Part shown: piece by piece, positions 1-8,843 of the stretch
How positions within the stretch are numbered: the stretch's first letter is position 1
Layout: each line of letters opens with the position of its first letter
NCBI GenBank assembly: GCA_903864915.1
Contig: CAIPHS010000004.1
Coordinates: forward strand, 3,705 to 67,704
Length of the DNA stretch: 64,000 bases
Direction: 5' to 3'
Origin: an uncultured Candidatus Woesearchaeota archaeon
Lineage (GTDB): Archaea > Nanobdellota > Nanobdellia > UBA10117
Notes under the pieces: model-generated
Seen by the model: the letters and a program-made list of their open reading frames with translations, nothing else
Database searches by the model: none
What the model was told of the DNA's origin: nothing
Made by a program: the position numbers and the translations under genes

Positions 1-129
1 AAAGGAAGTTACATAGGAAGGAAGCGGGTGAGAGAAAGTTTTACCTACATTTCATATGAATTTTCTAAAGTAAATAAAAACTTATAAACAGGTGTGGCTT
101 TTGGAGCCTATGCAGTTAGTGGAGGTTAA

Positions 130-1329
130 ATGTCTGGTCAACTTGGCTTGGGAGATTTCTTTCAGAAGTATTTACAAAAAGAACCGCTAATAATAAACAA
201 AAAAGTTCTACAAGAGCATTATATTCCAGATGTGTTGTTACACAGGCAACAACAGATTGAGTTAATAGCGTCCATGCTGGTGCCTGCATTGCGAAACGAA
301 AAGCCATCTAACGTTTTTGTGTATGGTAAGCCAGGTGTAGGAAAGACCGCCTGCATACAGTACATAATTGGTCACTTAGAGGCTACCGCAAAGACAAACG
401 GGGCCAATCTCAAAACAATTTACCTGAATTGCAAGCTAAGAACCGTTGCAAACACCGAATATCGGGTGATGGCTGAGCTTGCCAGGGGAATGGGTGTCGA
501 AGTGCCCGCAACAGGCCTGCCGACAGACGAAGTTTACAACAAATTCATAACAGTTGTTGATCAAAAGCCACAGGTTGTGATTTTAGTCCTGGACGAAATT
601 GACCGGCTGATTGCAAAGGCTGGAGACGAGATACTGTATAATTTGACAAGAATAAACTCCTCATTAAAAAACGCGCAAGTCTCTTTGATTGGAATTTCTA
701 ACGACGTCCGTTTTATGGAGAACATAGACCCAAGAGTCAAGAGCTCATTAGGGGAAGAGGAAGTTATCTTCCCACCGTATAACGCTATAGAATTGAAAGA
801 AATCTTAGAGAGGAGAGCTGCGGTTGCTTTCAGGCCAAATGCGCTAGCAGAAGGTGTTCTGGAAAAAGCAGCAGCTGTTGCCGCAAGGGAACATGGCGAC
901 GCAAGGCGTGCATTGGCTTTGTTGAAAGTGGCGGGCGAAGTTGCAGAGCGTGATAATTCGGAAAAAGTAAAAGCGGAGCACATCGACAAGGCGGAAGAAA
1001 GCATAGAGAAAGACAGGGTTATGGATATCATAAGTTCACAACCCAAACAGTCACAACTCGTACTGCACGCAATTTTGCTTACAACAACTGGGCGAAAAAT
1101 GGAAACTGGTGAAGTTTTTGAGAAATACAAAGACCTTTGCATACACGCAGGCCAGTCTCCGTTGACTCAAAGAAGAATTTCCGATCTGATTGGTGAGTTG
1201 GATATGCTTGGTATAATTAACGCAAAGGTGATTTCAAAAGGCAGATACGGCCGGACAAGGGAAATTTATGTTTCAATATCAGACGAGCTCTTAAGCAAAA
1301 TAAAAGTGAAACTGCAAGAAGAACTCTAA
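130..1329 (+). CDS. cdc6: Orc1/Cdc6 replication initiation protein
   Basis: Walker A GKPGVGKT, Walker B VLDEID, C-terminal winged helix (TQRRISDLIGELDMLGII...GRYGRTR); GGAGG SD upstream. Confidence 0.95.
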   Translation: MSGQLGLGDFFQKYLQKEPLIINKKVLQEHYIPDVLLHRQQQIELIASMLVPALRNEKPSNVFVYGKPGVGKTACIQYIIGHLEATAKTNGANLKTIYLNCKLRTVANTEYRVMAELARGMGVEVPATGLPTDEVYNKFITVVDQKPQVVILVLDEIDRLIAKAGDEILYNLTRINSSLKNAQVSLIGISNDVRFMENIDPRVKSSLGEEEVIFPPYNAIELKEILERRAAVAFRPNALAEGVLEKAAAVAAREHGDARRALALLKVAGEVAERDNSEKVKAEHIDKAEESIEKDRVMDIISSQPKQSQLVLHAILLTTTGRKMETGEVFEKYKDLCIHAGQSPLTQRRISDLIGELDMLGIINAKVISKGRYGRTREIYVSISDELLSKIKVKLQEEL

Positions 1330-2711
1330 TGGAAAGCGAAATCATTCAAAGGCTTATCGAGTCCGGAGAACTGCCAACTCCAGATAGGATTAAGGCACTT
1401 TTACAGGTACAGCAGCAGGATGCAGTTTCTATTCCTATAAAGAAGACAAAAATAGTGGATAAAGACAGCTCTGTTGAAGTCTTAACCAAAGATACATATA
1501 TTGGGAAAAAATACGTAGTGAAAGATTTTGTAGATTATTTCAGAAATAGGTACACTTTTTATAAAAATCTGATTTCCAATCGGCCAGAGTTCTCAACAGC
1601 CACGTCGATAGGAAGACTGCAGCAAGGAGATAAGGCAACAATAATAGCGGCTGTTTTCGATATTAAAAGACTGCCAACGGGAACCATAAAACTAGTGCTG
1701 GAAGACCTAACTGGCCAGATAACCGCAATAATTTCTTCTAAAAAAGATCAGGAAGTCTTGGATAAGGTGAAACAGTTGGTGCCTGACGAAGTCATGGCAT
1801 TCAAAGGTGCGGTCGGGAAAGGCGTTTTTTTCGTTGATGACTTGTTTTGGCCAGACATTCCAGTAAAACAAAGGAATCTGACAAAAGACGAAGTGTATGT
1901 TGCCTTCAGTGGTGATATTCACATAGGCAGCAAGTCGTTTTTGCCAAAAGACCTGGACAAGTTTGTATCTTGGCTGCAAGGCAAGCGAGGCAACCCACGG
2001 CAAAGAAGGATTGCAGCAAAGACAAAATATGTTGCTATTCTTGGCGATGTAGTGGATGGTGTGGGAATTTTTCCTTCACAGGAAAAGGAGTTGGATATAA
2101 ATGATATTTACAAACAGTATGATGTTGCTGCGAAGTGCTTGGCGGAGATACCAAGTGACAAACACATACTTGTGATACCAGGAAATCACGACGCGCTGAG
2201 GATTTGCGAGCCCCAACCCGTATTGTATAAAGACATGGCCGCGCCGTTGTACGATTTACCAAATGTCATAATGTTGCCAAACCCATCAACTGTCAAATTA
2301 CACAAACAAGATGATTTTCCAGGCGTGGACATTTTGATGTATCACGGGTATTCGTTTGATTCTTTCGTTGACTCTGTAGAAGCATTGCGGCTTGCGGGCG
2401 GCTATGACGCAGCAGACAAGCTTTGGGAATTTTTGCTGAAGAGAAGACATCTTGCCCCGACTTATGGCGCCACGCTAGCTTTGCCGATTGAGCAAGATCC
2501 TTTGCTGATTACAAATGTGCCAGACATCGCTGCAAGCGGGCACATACATAAGTCAAAGATAGGTATGTATCGCGGCGTAAGGACAATAAGCGGCAGCTGC
2601 TGGCAGGACAAAACTGCGTTCCAGTTAAGGATGGGCCACAACCCAACACCAGGTCTGGTGCCTATGGTGAATTTGAAAACTGGCCACGCATGGCAGCTGA
2701 AATTCAAGTAA
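1329..2711 (+). CDS. polD1: DNA polymerase D small (proofreading) subunit DP1
   Basis: OB fold followed by calcineurin-like motifs GDIHIG, GDVVDG, PGNHD, HG, GHIH; overlaps the cdc6 stop, a conserved archaeal pairing. Confidence 0.93.
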   Translation: MESEIIQRLIESGELPTPDRIKALLQVQQQDAVSIPIKKTKIVDKDSSVEVLTKDTYIGKKYVVKDFVDYFRNRYTFYKNLISNRPEFSTATSIGRLQQGDKATIIAAVFDIKRLPTGTIKLVLEDLTGQITAIISSKKDQEVLDKVKQLVPDEVMAFKGAVGKGVFFVDDLFWPDIPVKQRNLTKDEVYVAFSGDIHIGSKSFLPKDLDKFVSWLQGKRGNPRQRRIAAKTKYVAILGDVVDGVGIFPSQEKELDINDIYKQYDVAAKCLAEIPSDKHILVIPGNHDALRICEPQPVLYKDMAAPLYDLPNVIMLPNPSTVKLHKQDDFPGVDILMYHGYSFDSFVDSVEALRLAGGYDAADKLWEFLLKRRHLAPTYGATLALPIEQDPLLITNVPDIAASGHIHKSKIGMYRGVRTISGSCWQDKTAFQLRMGHNPTPGLVPMVNLKTGHAWQLKFK

Positions 2712-4895
2712 CTAATCTTTCCAAAGTGTATCAAAAATCTGCCTGATTAATTCTGCTTTCTTGTCGCCAATGTTCTCCACCTTTTTTAGCTCATCAATGG
2801 ATGCGTTAGCAACATTTTTTGGGCTTTTCAGTTGTTTTAGCAAAGCTTTTGCAGCTTCAGGCCCTATTTGTGGCAAGCCCTCCACAAAAAATTGCTGCAT
2901 TTCCGGAAGAGTCTGAGGTTTGTGGCTTCCACGCACGGAAATGGTTTTCTTTCTTTCAATCTGTTCACGTTTTGCTATGGTTGTTATAAGAGTAGCGGTT
3001 TCTTCCTTGTCTTTCGTATACAGAATAGGTATGCCCCAGTCCAAAACATATGACGCCAGAGCGCCAAAGAGGGCGGATTGCGAAACATTTCTCATCGTAA
3101 AAAGCGAATTCGGATCACCTTCCAGTATCAAAAGTGGCTTGGTAAAAGTTTCTTTCATTCTTTTTGCCTGTTCGAACAATCTTCCATCCAAAAGAGAGTT
3201 TACAAAATCAGAAACTTCTTTCCTTTCACAACCAACATCTTCGGATAAAATAAAATCGCCGGTTTTTAGAGGGGCGAGAGTTATCTTTATTCCTTTCTTG
3301 TGCAATAATTCTGCCAGGTCAGACTCGCGGCTGTCTGCAAAGACCATTATGTTGGCGTTTTCAAGTTGCTGAACAAGCGTGGCTTGTTTCGGCTTTTCAT
3401 TGCCCGAAAATTGCAACGTGCTGATAACTTGCTGTAGAACTTCTTCTTTTCTCTTTGAGGCCCAGTAGTATGCTTCGTCCCGTGTTCCTTTTGTGACAAG
3501 CATCAAGACTTGCCCGATATCCGTCCTGCCAGTTCTACCTCTTCTTTGTATAGTTCGGATAGTTGAAGGCAGGGGTGAGTAAAATACGACAATGTCAACA
3601 TCTGGAATGTCAATGCCTTCTTCACCTACAGATGTGCAAACTAAAACATTAAGCTCGTTTTGGCGAAATCTTTCAATAACTTCGGACTGCATTTTTTGGT
3701 TCATACCCTTTTCAAATCTGGATGCCTGCCCGATGAACTTGTGCACATTCACGCCAGGTATTTTGCTTAACAAGTCAGTTATTGTTGGGACATTATCTCT
3801 GAATTCTGTGAAAACAAGGATTTTGGAAGTTGGCTTATTCTCGAATTGCCTTTCAACCGCAGCTCTTAGCGCATCAAGCTTCGGGTGCTCCATCCCATTT
3901 TCAAGCGCCTTTATCGTCAAAGAGTATGCCAGCTTCACCCTGAAATCGCTAACTATATCCTTTAGCGCCTTTGTTTTGCTATGTGCGGATGCAAACCATA
4001 TCTGCTCGAAGTATCTGCGGAGAGCCTGTAGGCTTTCAGTTGTCAACAGGGCATGGGCGTGCTGCAATTTTATCACAGATGCACATAGTGAAAGTGCTCT
4101 ACCATAGGTTTTGTCAATCATGAACCGCGCCTGCAAATCCACCTTCAGGGCGAGGATGGTTTTCCTGCTAAGCTTGCTCGCATCAAGATTTATGCCGCTG
4201 TATTTCGCGAGCTCCGCAACTCGCGAAGCCAGAGCCACGTCAAGGTTTTTCTTTATGTCCAACAAAGGTGTGGTCAAATCAATCATTACGAATTTAGTGT
4301 GGATTTTTTTCACATACTGTATGACTTCAGGATGTTCCCTGTCGCGCGCTTCAATTTTTTCCACAAAAAGATTTTTACATATGTCGTCAACATTAACTTC
4401 GCTCCCTGGAGAAGCGGTCAAAGCTAATATTTTGCCAGGATTGGGCGTTTGCATGAATGCCTGCGCAATGAAGACGTATGCATAATCTCCTGTCGCGCGA
4501 TGTGCTTCATCAAACACTATTAGTGATAAATCAGATAGGGAAATCCTGCCAGCAATGACATCAAATCTTATTGTTTGGGGTGTGGCAAAAATCAATTTAG
4601 CCTTTTTCCATAGTTCAATGCGCTCTTCTGATTTTATTTTGCCACTCAGGACAGCGAGCTCCTCAGGAGGAGAGAAGAATTCTGAAAATGTTTTGTAGTG
4701 CTGGTTTACTAGAGGCAATGTTGGTGCCATCATAAGCACTTTGCCTTTTTCGTGTAAAAGGCTGGCAAGCGCTATTGCAATGTGTGTTTTGCCCAAACCA
4801 GTTGGCAGAATTACTAGTGTATTTTGCTTTGCTGCAGAATTAAGAATGGTTTGCTGGTACAATCTGAGAGTGAGCTTTTCCTTGCTAAATTCCAT
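2712..4895 (-). CDS. hef: Hef helicase/ERCC4 nuclease
   Basis: SF2 motifs PTGLGKT, DEAH, TAS, QRRGRTGR; ERCC4 nuclease GDF...ERKxxxD; C-terminal HhH. Confidence 0.93.
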   Translation of the reverse strand: MEFSKEKLTLRLYQQTILNSAAKQNTLVILPTGLGKTHIAIALASLLHEKGKVLMMAPTLPLVNQHYKTFSEFFSPPEELAVLSGKIKSEERIELWKKAKLIFATPQTIRFDVIAGRISLSDLSLIVFDEAHRATGDYAYVFIAQAFMQTPNPGKILALTASPGSEVNVDDICKNLFVEKIEARDREHPEVIQYVKKIHTKFVMIDLTTPLLDIKKNLDVALASRVAELAKYSGINLDASKLSRKTILALKVDLQARFMIDKTYGRALSLCASVIKLQHAHALLTTESLQALRRYFEQIWFASAHSKTKALKDIVSDFRVKLAYSLTIKALENGMEHPKLDALRAAVERQFENKPTSKILVFTEFRDNVPTITDLLSKIPGVNVHKFIGQASRFEKGMNQKMQSEVIERFRQNELNVLVCTSVGEEGIDIPDVDIVVFYSPLPSTIRTIQRRGRTGRTDIGQVLMLVTKGTRDEAYYWASKRKEEVLQQVISTLQFSGNEKPKQATLVQQLENANIMVFADSRESDLAELLHKKGIKITLAPLKTGDFILSEDVGCERKEVSDFVNSLLDGRLFEQAKRMKETFTKPLLILEGDPNSLFTMRNVSQSALFGALASYVLDWGIPILYTKDKEETATLITTIAKREQIERKKTISVRGSHKPQTLPEMQQFFVEGLPQIGPEAAKALLKQLKSPKNVANASIDELKKVENIGDKKAELIRQIFDTLWKD

Positions 4896-4956
4896 GCTTA
4901 CTAGAAGAACCGATAGTTTTTAGATATTTGTGAATTACAGAATAATGTAGTACCTA

Positions 4957-5415
4957 TCATAAATTTAATTCATACCATAACATTTCAAGATTTGGTGCTA
5001 ATTTCTCTTTCCGCACAAATACAAAATTATGAGATTTAAAGAATTCATTATTATCCATAAATTCAAAAGCATCAGCGCGTATCTTATTTATATCTTTAAA
5101 TTTACACTCTTCAATGAACCTATTCAATAGTTTTTCTTCCATGTCATGTTTTTTAGCATTTACATAATGAATCATTGCCGTACTATGATTTTCTTCATAA
5201 CCAACAATAAATCCCACCACATTATTTTTACTAATGGCTACAAAAGCAATCAGTTTGGGGTTTTCAAATTCTTTTAATATGCCATGCTCTTCTGCATGAG
5301 TTCTAAACTTATCAATCATGTCTTTTGGAAATCTGGGATTCGGATATTCTAAATCCGCTAACATTAATACTGATATCTCCTTTGCATGGTTTCTATTTGC
5401 ATTTATTATCTTCAT
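4957..5415 (-). CDS. GNAT-fold protein, degenerate; last gene of putative RiPP operon
   Basis: GNAT-like pattern (FVAISKNNVVGFIVG, FFKSHNF) but no RxxGxG/A motif A loop; overlaps the upstream radical SAM stop. Confidence 0.6.
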   Translation of the reverse strand: MKIINANRNHAKEISVLMLADLEYPNPRFPKDMIDKFRTHAEEHGILKEFENPKLIAFVAISKNNVVGFIVGYEENHSTAMIHYVNAKKHDMEEKLLNRFIEECKFKDINKIRADAFEFMDNNEFFKSHNFVFVRKEKLAPNLEMLWYELNL

Positions 5416-6331
5416 AACTATACCTCAATTGCGAAGCAGTTACCTTGCTTAACTCGCTAGATCCAAACATCTTCGTATATTCCTTCCAAGCAGATTCCCA
5501 AGCCCAAGAACAGTTTTCACTAACCATACACTCGGAACAATAATCTGGTTGAGCCACATCTAAATTTCCGAACTTAATGGTTTCTGGAGATACATAAATC
5601 ATTTCATGAGTCATATGCTTCCAATTTTTGCCTAAATATGGCCAATAAACTGGATCTATCGTACACGAAGGAATTATAAAAATGCCTAAATTTTTATCTC
5701 GTTTAATTGCTTCATCTAACGCATCTTCGATATGCATCTTCATATCTTTGTATCGTACAACAATTTCCTCGCGGTTGTCGCTCGCATCACCGCGCATTAT
5801 TAGGCCGTGAATTGAAACCCAAGCAGACGGAAAGGTATCATATGCGAAACGAACAAAGTCTGATAATTGCTGGTAGTTTTGTTTTAATACAATCGTCTTA
5901 ACTGATATGGGCATGCCTATTTCCTCTAGATTCTTCAGACCAGAAACCGTTTCTAAAAAACTACCTTTTCGTTTAGTAATGGAATCATGTATTTCTTCAT
6001 GATGACTATAAAACGCAGTCATGACCCTATCGACTCCCACTTCCTTTATTTTTTTGGCGAAAGATTTATCGTTGAATTTCCGGCCGTTTGAAAGCATAAT
6101 AAGAGATGTGTTAAAATTAGCCTTTATGTATGTGCAGATGTCGAATAAATCTTCCCGCAGTGTCGGCTCACCACCACTAAGCTCAATATAATCTTCTTCG
6201 GATGGGTGTATTAACTCAAGTTTTTCAATAATTTGATCAATGGATAAACTTCCTTTCTCGTCGGATTTCCTCGCGCAAGAAATGCATTCATTATTGCAAA
6301 CATAATCCGCAACAATAACTATTTTCCTCAT
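5393..6331 (-). CDS. Radical SAM enzyme, HxsC-like peptide maturase
   Basis: CxxxCxxC (CNNECISC), SGGEPT, LSNG, C-terminal IPSC...CSECMVSENC; start placed at ATG 6331 (ATGA overlap with the upstream stop, GGGAG SD). Confidence 0.85.
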   Translation of the reverse strand: MRKIVIVADYVCNNECISCARKSDEKGSLSIDQIIEKLELIHPSEEDYIELSGGEPTLREDLFDICTYIKANFNTSLIMLSNGRKFNDKSFAKKIKEVGVDRVMTAFYSHHEEIHDSITKRKGSFLETVSGLKNLEEIGMPISVKTIVLKQNYQQLSDFVRFAYDTFPSAWVSIHGLIMRGDASDNREEIVVRYKDMKMHIEDALDEAIKRDKNLGIFIIPSCTIDPVYWPYLGKNWKHMTHEMIYVSPETIKFGNLDVAQPDYCSECMVSENCSWAWESAWKEYTKMFGSSELSKVTASQLRYSYEDNKCK

Positions 6332-7236
6332 TTCAAACTCCCAAAACGGGGCGAAAAGTATAAGCAAATAGATTTTTTTGTTATATGCTCAGAAAAAGTT
6401 AAGCCAATATTGCTATAGTCTATCTCTCCACAAGCATCTAAAGTTTTTACAGTTTCATCAAAATCATCAAATCTTTCAGGCACACAAGTCCGTACTAACT
6501 GCTTAACTTCCTCACAAGAAACTTTTCGGCAGGCATCAGCACTAGCATCAAAAAATACCGAAAAACCAGACGTAGGACTTAAATTTCTAGAGTATTTTTT
6601 AGAAAAAGTCACATCTCTTATTTCACCATCAGAAAATAGTTTCTGGAAATGTTCCAAATGTTGCGAAGCAACACCATTTCTTTTCAAATAATCACCTATT
6701 CTTGAAAAATTAACCGTTGTATCTTTGGTGTATACTTTTAGATTTTGTGCCTTGTCTTTATAAAAATCCACAGCCATTAGATAACAGCTTTCAATTTCTT
6801 TTCCATCGAGGCTTGTCAAATCGATATCGACGAGCTCAGATAAATGCTTTACACTTTCAACGGGATTTTCTTTGAATTTGGGGTTGTCAGGCAACCGTAA
6901 AAAATAAACTTTAATTCTTGGATTATTATTGTTAAAATCAAAGCCCAATGCGAATTCAGGAACACTGTCTTTCGCTAAAGATAAGATTCTTTTTAAATTA
7001 GAACACTCACAGTCCATTTTCTCAAGTACGGATAAGATTCTTTGGGTATCGTACAATTTAAATAAACCAAATCTTAAGTCAAATTTAGCGTCAGGGTTAA
7101 CTAAAAGCGAAAATTCTATTTTGCTTTGTAAATTTTCATAGTCAGTATATAGTGAATCATAAATATCCAAAAAATTAGCAAAATCAAATTGATGGAATCG
7201 CCCAAAGTACTCTTCCAAGCACTTAAGCGAATCCAT
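6328..7236 (-). CDS. Putative LynF/TruF/PatF-like (ABBA-fold) peptide prenyltransferase
   Basis: 302 aa; repeated beta-hairpin motifs IEFS...DLRF, LGFDF...RIKVYF, MAVDFY...LKVY and terminal ICLYF match the order of the E, R, K and Y active-site residues of F-family prenyltransferases (recognised by eye). Confidence 0.65.
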   Translation of the reverse strand: MDSLKCLEEYFGRFHQFDFANFLDIYDSLYTDYENLQSKIEFSLLVNPDAKFDLRFGLFKLYDTQRILSVLEKMDCECSNLKRILSLAKDSVPEFALGFDFNNNNPRIKVYFLRLPDNPKFKENPVESVKHLSELVDIDLTSLDGKEIESCYLMAVDFYKDKAQNLKVYTKDTTVNFSRIGDYLKRNGVASQHLEHFQKLFSDGEIRDVTFSKKYSRNLSPTSGFSVFFDASADACRKVSCEEVKQLVRTCVPERFDDFDETVKTLDACGEIDYSNIGLTFSEHITKKSICLYFSPRFGSLK

Positions 7237-7243
7237 TTTTAAA

Positions 7244-7420
7244 TTAATACCAGCTTCCAGGGTCCATGCCTATGTTGTATTTTTGCATAGTTCCTTTCGG
7301 ATTGTCCGAATTTAAAGGCACATATTTGTTTAGTTTTGGAGAATATATTTGTGGTGTGGTGCCATTCCCCCCAGTTATCGGACCACTGCTTTCTTTTTCA
7401 ACAACCGTTTCTAAGCTCAT
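7244..7420 (-). CDS. 58-aa putative RiPP precursor peptide (MSLET...GMDPGSWY)
   Basis: ATG at 7420 with GGAGGT SD 7 nt upstream; first gene of the operon; rich in G, S, T, P and N with C-terminal W-Y. Confidence 0.65.
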   Translation of the reverse strand: MSLETVVEKESSGPITGGNGTTPQIYSPKLNKYVPLNSDNPKGTMQKYNIGMDPGSWY

Positions 7421-7569
7421 TTTTTTACCTCCCGAGGTTTGCAGTATCTTAACCGCAAATATTAAGTATGTGATAGGCATAAATAATTTTTGGTAGTTAT
7501 TTAGCTGAGGATTTTCAAAAGTTAGGCCTTTTTTCTCATTTTTGTTGTATTATGCGACGCAATAAAACC

Positions 7570-8448
7570 TTACTTGTATTTTCTGTAAGTTCTAAAAGTT
7601 GGACCGGTACCTTTCACCCCACCAGTAGCGGGCCCCATGGGTTTGAAAAATGGTTCTGTTGCAGGTTCCAGAAACCAATGCCAGACAATAAACATCGCTA
7701 CAGCAGCAATCAACGCAAAAATTATGCTAGTAAATAATCCGAGGTAAAACATCGCCACGCTTACAACCAAGGTGAATATGAAAACGAAAACCCACAGCGC
7801 CCTGTTGCCAAAGAGCACATAGTCGCCTTCCATGTGCGGAGTTTCAAATGGCTCTCCCGGCTTTATCCTTTCGTGACCTTTTTGCAAGGCCAATATCGGG
7901 AGCAGCGTCAGCAGAGGGAGGAGATTGAAAAGTGCCATGTATATGTTGATTATCATCAGTTTTGCACCTATTGGCCCGATGAGTTTTGCAAAAAGTGCGA
8001 GGCCCAGGTTTGCCATCGGTCCGGCCAGACCTATCATTGCCTGCTCTCTTGGCCCAAGGTGCGGGAAAGGCTTGCCAGGCTTGAACAAGCGCCACGGTCT
8101 GATAAGAACTGCCCAAAGCGCAGCAAAGATAATCCATCCGTTTGAAAGGAACATTAAAACTAGCATGGCGATGATGCCGCTGAGCCAGAGTTTTGATTTT
8201 ACCACACCTAAAAATTTTGAAGCAACAACTTTGTGCGCGGCTTCATGTACCAAAACAGATATTGCAACCAGAATCAAAACCAGGAAAAAATTTCCAAACC
8301 AGCTGCCCAAGCTTACAGTCTTTATAAGCTGGCAGCTTTTTGCGAGCCCAAGGCAGGTCTGGTACGAAAACCCGAAAGCGAGTATTAAAATTACGGGAAT
8401 CAAGTCTTTTAGCTCGTTAAGCTCAAAGATATTCTTCCACGCGGCCAT
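7570..8448 (-). CDS. Site-2 protease family (M50) intramembrane metalloprotease
   Basis: HEAAH in a hydrophobic helix, GPMANL, FNLLP, several TM segments. Confidence 0.8.
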   Translation of the reverse strand: MAAWKNIFELNELKDLIPVILILAFGFSYQTCLGLAKSCQLIKTVSLGSWFGNFFLVLILVAISVLVHEAAHKVVASKFLGVVKSKLWLSGIIAMLVLMFLSNGWIIFAALWAVLIRPWRLFKPGKPFPHLGPREQAMIGLAGPMANLGLALFAKLIGPIGAKLMIINIYMALFNLLPLLTLLPILALQKGHERIKPGEPFETPHMEGDYVLFGNRALWVFVFIFTLVVSVAMFYLGLFTSIIFALIAAVAMFIVWHWFLEPATEPFFKPMGPATGGVKGTGPTFRTYRKYK

Positions 8449-8552
8449 TATGGTAAATAATAAATGGTGCCTTAAATCTCTTTCCTAACCTGTTTGCTTT
8501 TGTAACGCAAGTTTTATATCTTTTACATTCGCCGTTATTGGAAGGTGAGCAC

Positions 8553-8834
8553 ATGCTAAAGATGAGAAAAATTTCGGAAGTAACTTCTCTAAAAGTGTAC
8601 ACAGACGACGGCCTGTATTTTGGCGAAATCGAAGAGGCGCTGCTAAGAAACAACAAAATTGAAAGCTGGAAAATACGCGCTTCACGCGAATCCTTTTTGT
8701 CCAAGGCACTAGCCGGAGCAAAAGGTGTAGTCGTGCCTCATGTACTAGTCAAGGCAATTGGCGATGTCATGTTGGTATCAAGAAACGCCGCACCAGCGTA
8801 CTCTGAAGAAGACCCCCAACAACCGAAAGCTTAA
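8553..8834 (+). CDS. PRC-barrel domain protein
   Basis: KVYTDDGLYFGEIEE...VVVPHVLVKAIGDVMLV pattern; GGTGA SD before ATG 8553. Confidence 0.8.
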   Translation: MLKMRKISEVTSLKVYTDDGLYFGEIEEALLRNNKIESWKIRASRESFLSKALAGAKGVVVPHVLVKAIGDVMLVSRNAAPAYSEEDPQQPKA

Positions 8835-8843
8835 TCGCGATTT

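Noticed and set aside
1-129. Replication origin / ORB elements upstream of cdc6
   Set aside because: Only a weak CAGTTAGTGGAG resemblance that overlaps the SD; no repeated ORB, and the window edge truncates the region
561-1142. Antisense ORFs of 60-200 aa overlapping core genes (this one and many similar in the track)
   Set aside because: Shadow frames of well-supported genes, with no motifs or start signals
5393-7420. Assignment as a His-Xaa-Ser (Hxs) system or a cyanobactin cluster
   Set aside because: The peptide has no His and there are no HxsB/HxsD genes; there is no PatA/PatG protease, YcaO or cyanobactin leader
4900-7560. Mobile-element boundaries around the RiPP operon
   Set aside because: No direct or inverted repeats, integrase or transposase seen; only composition suggests horizontal acquisition
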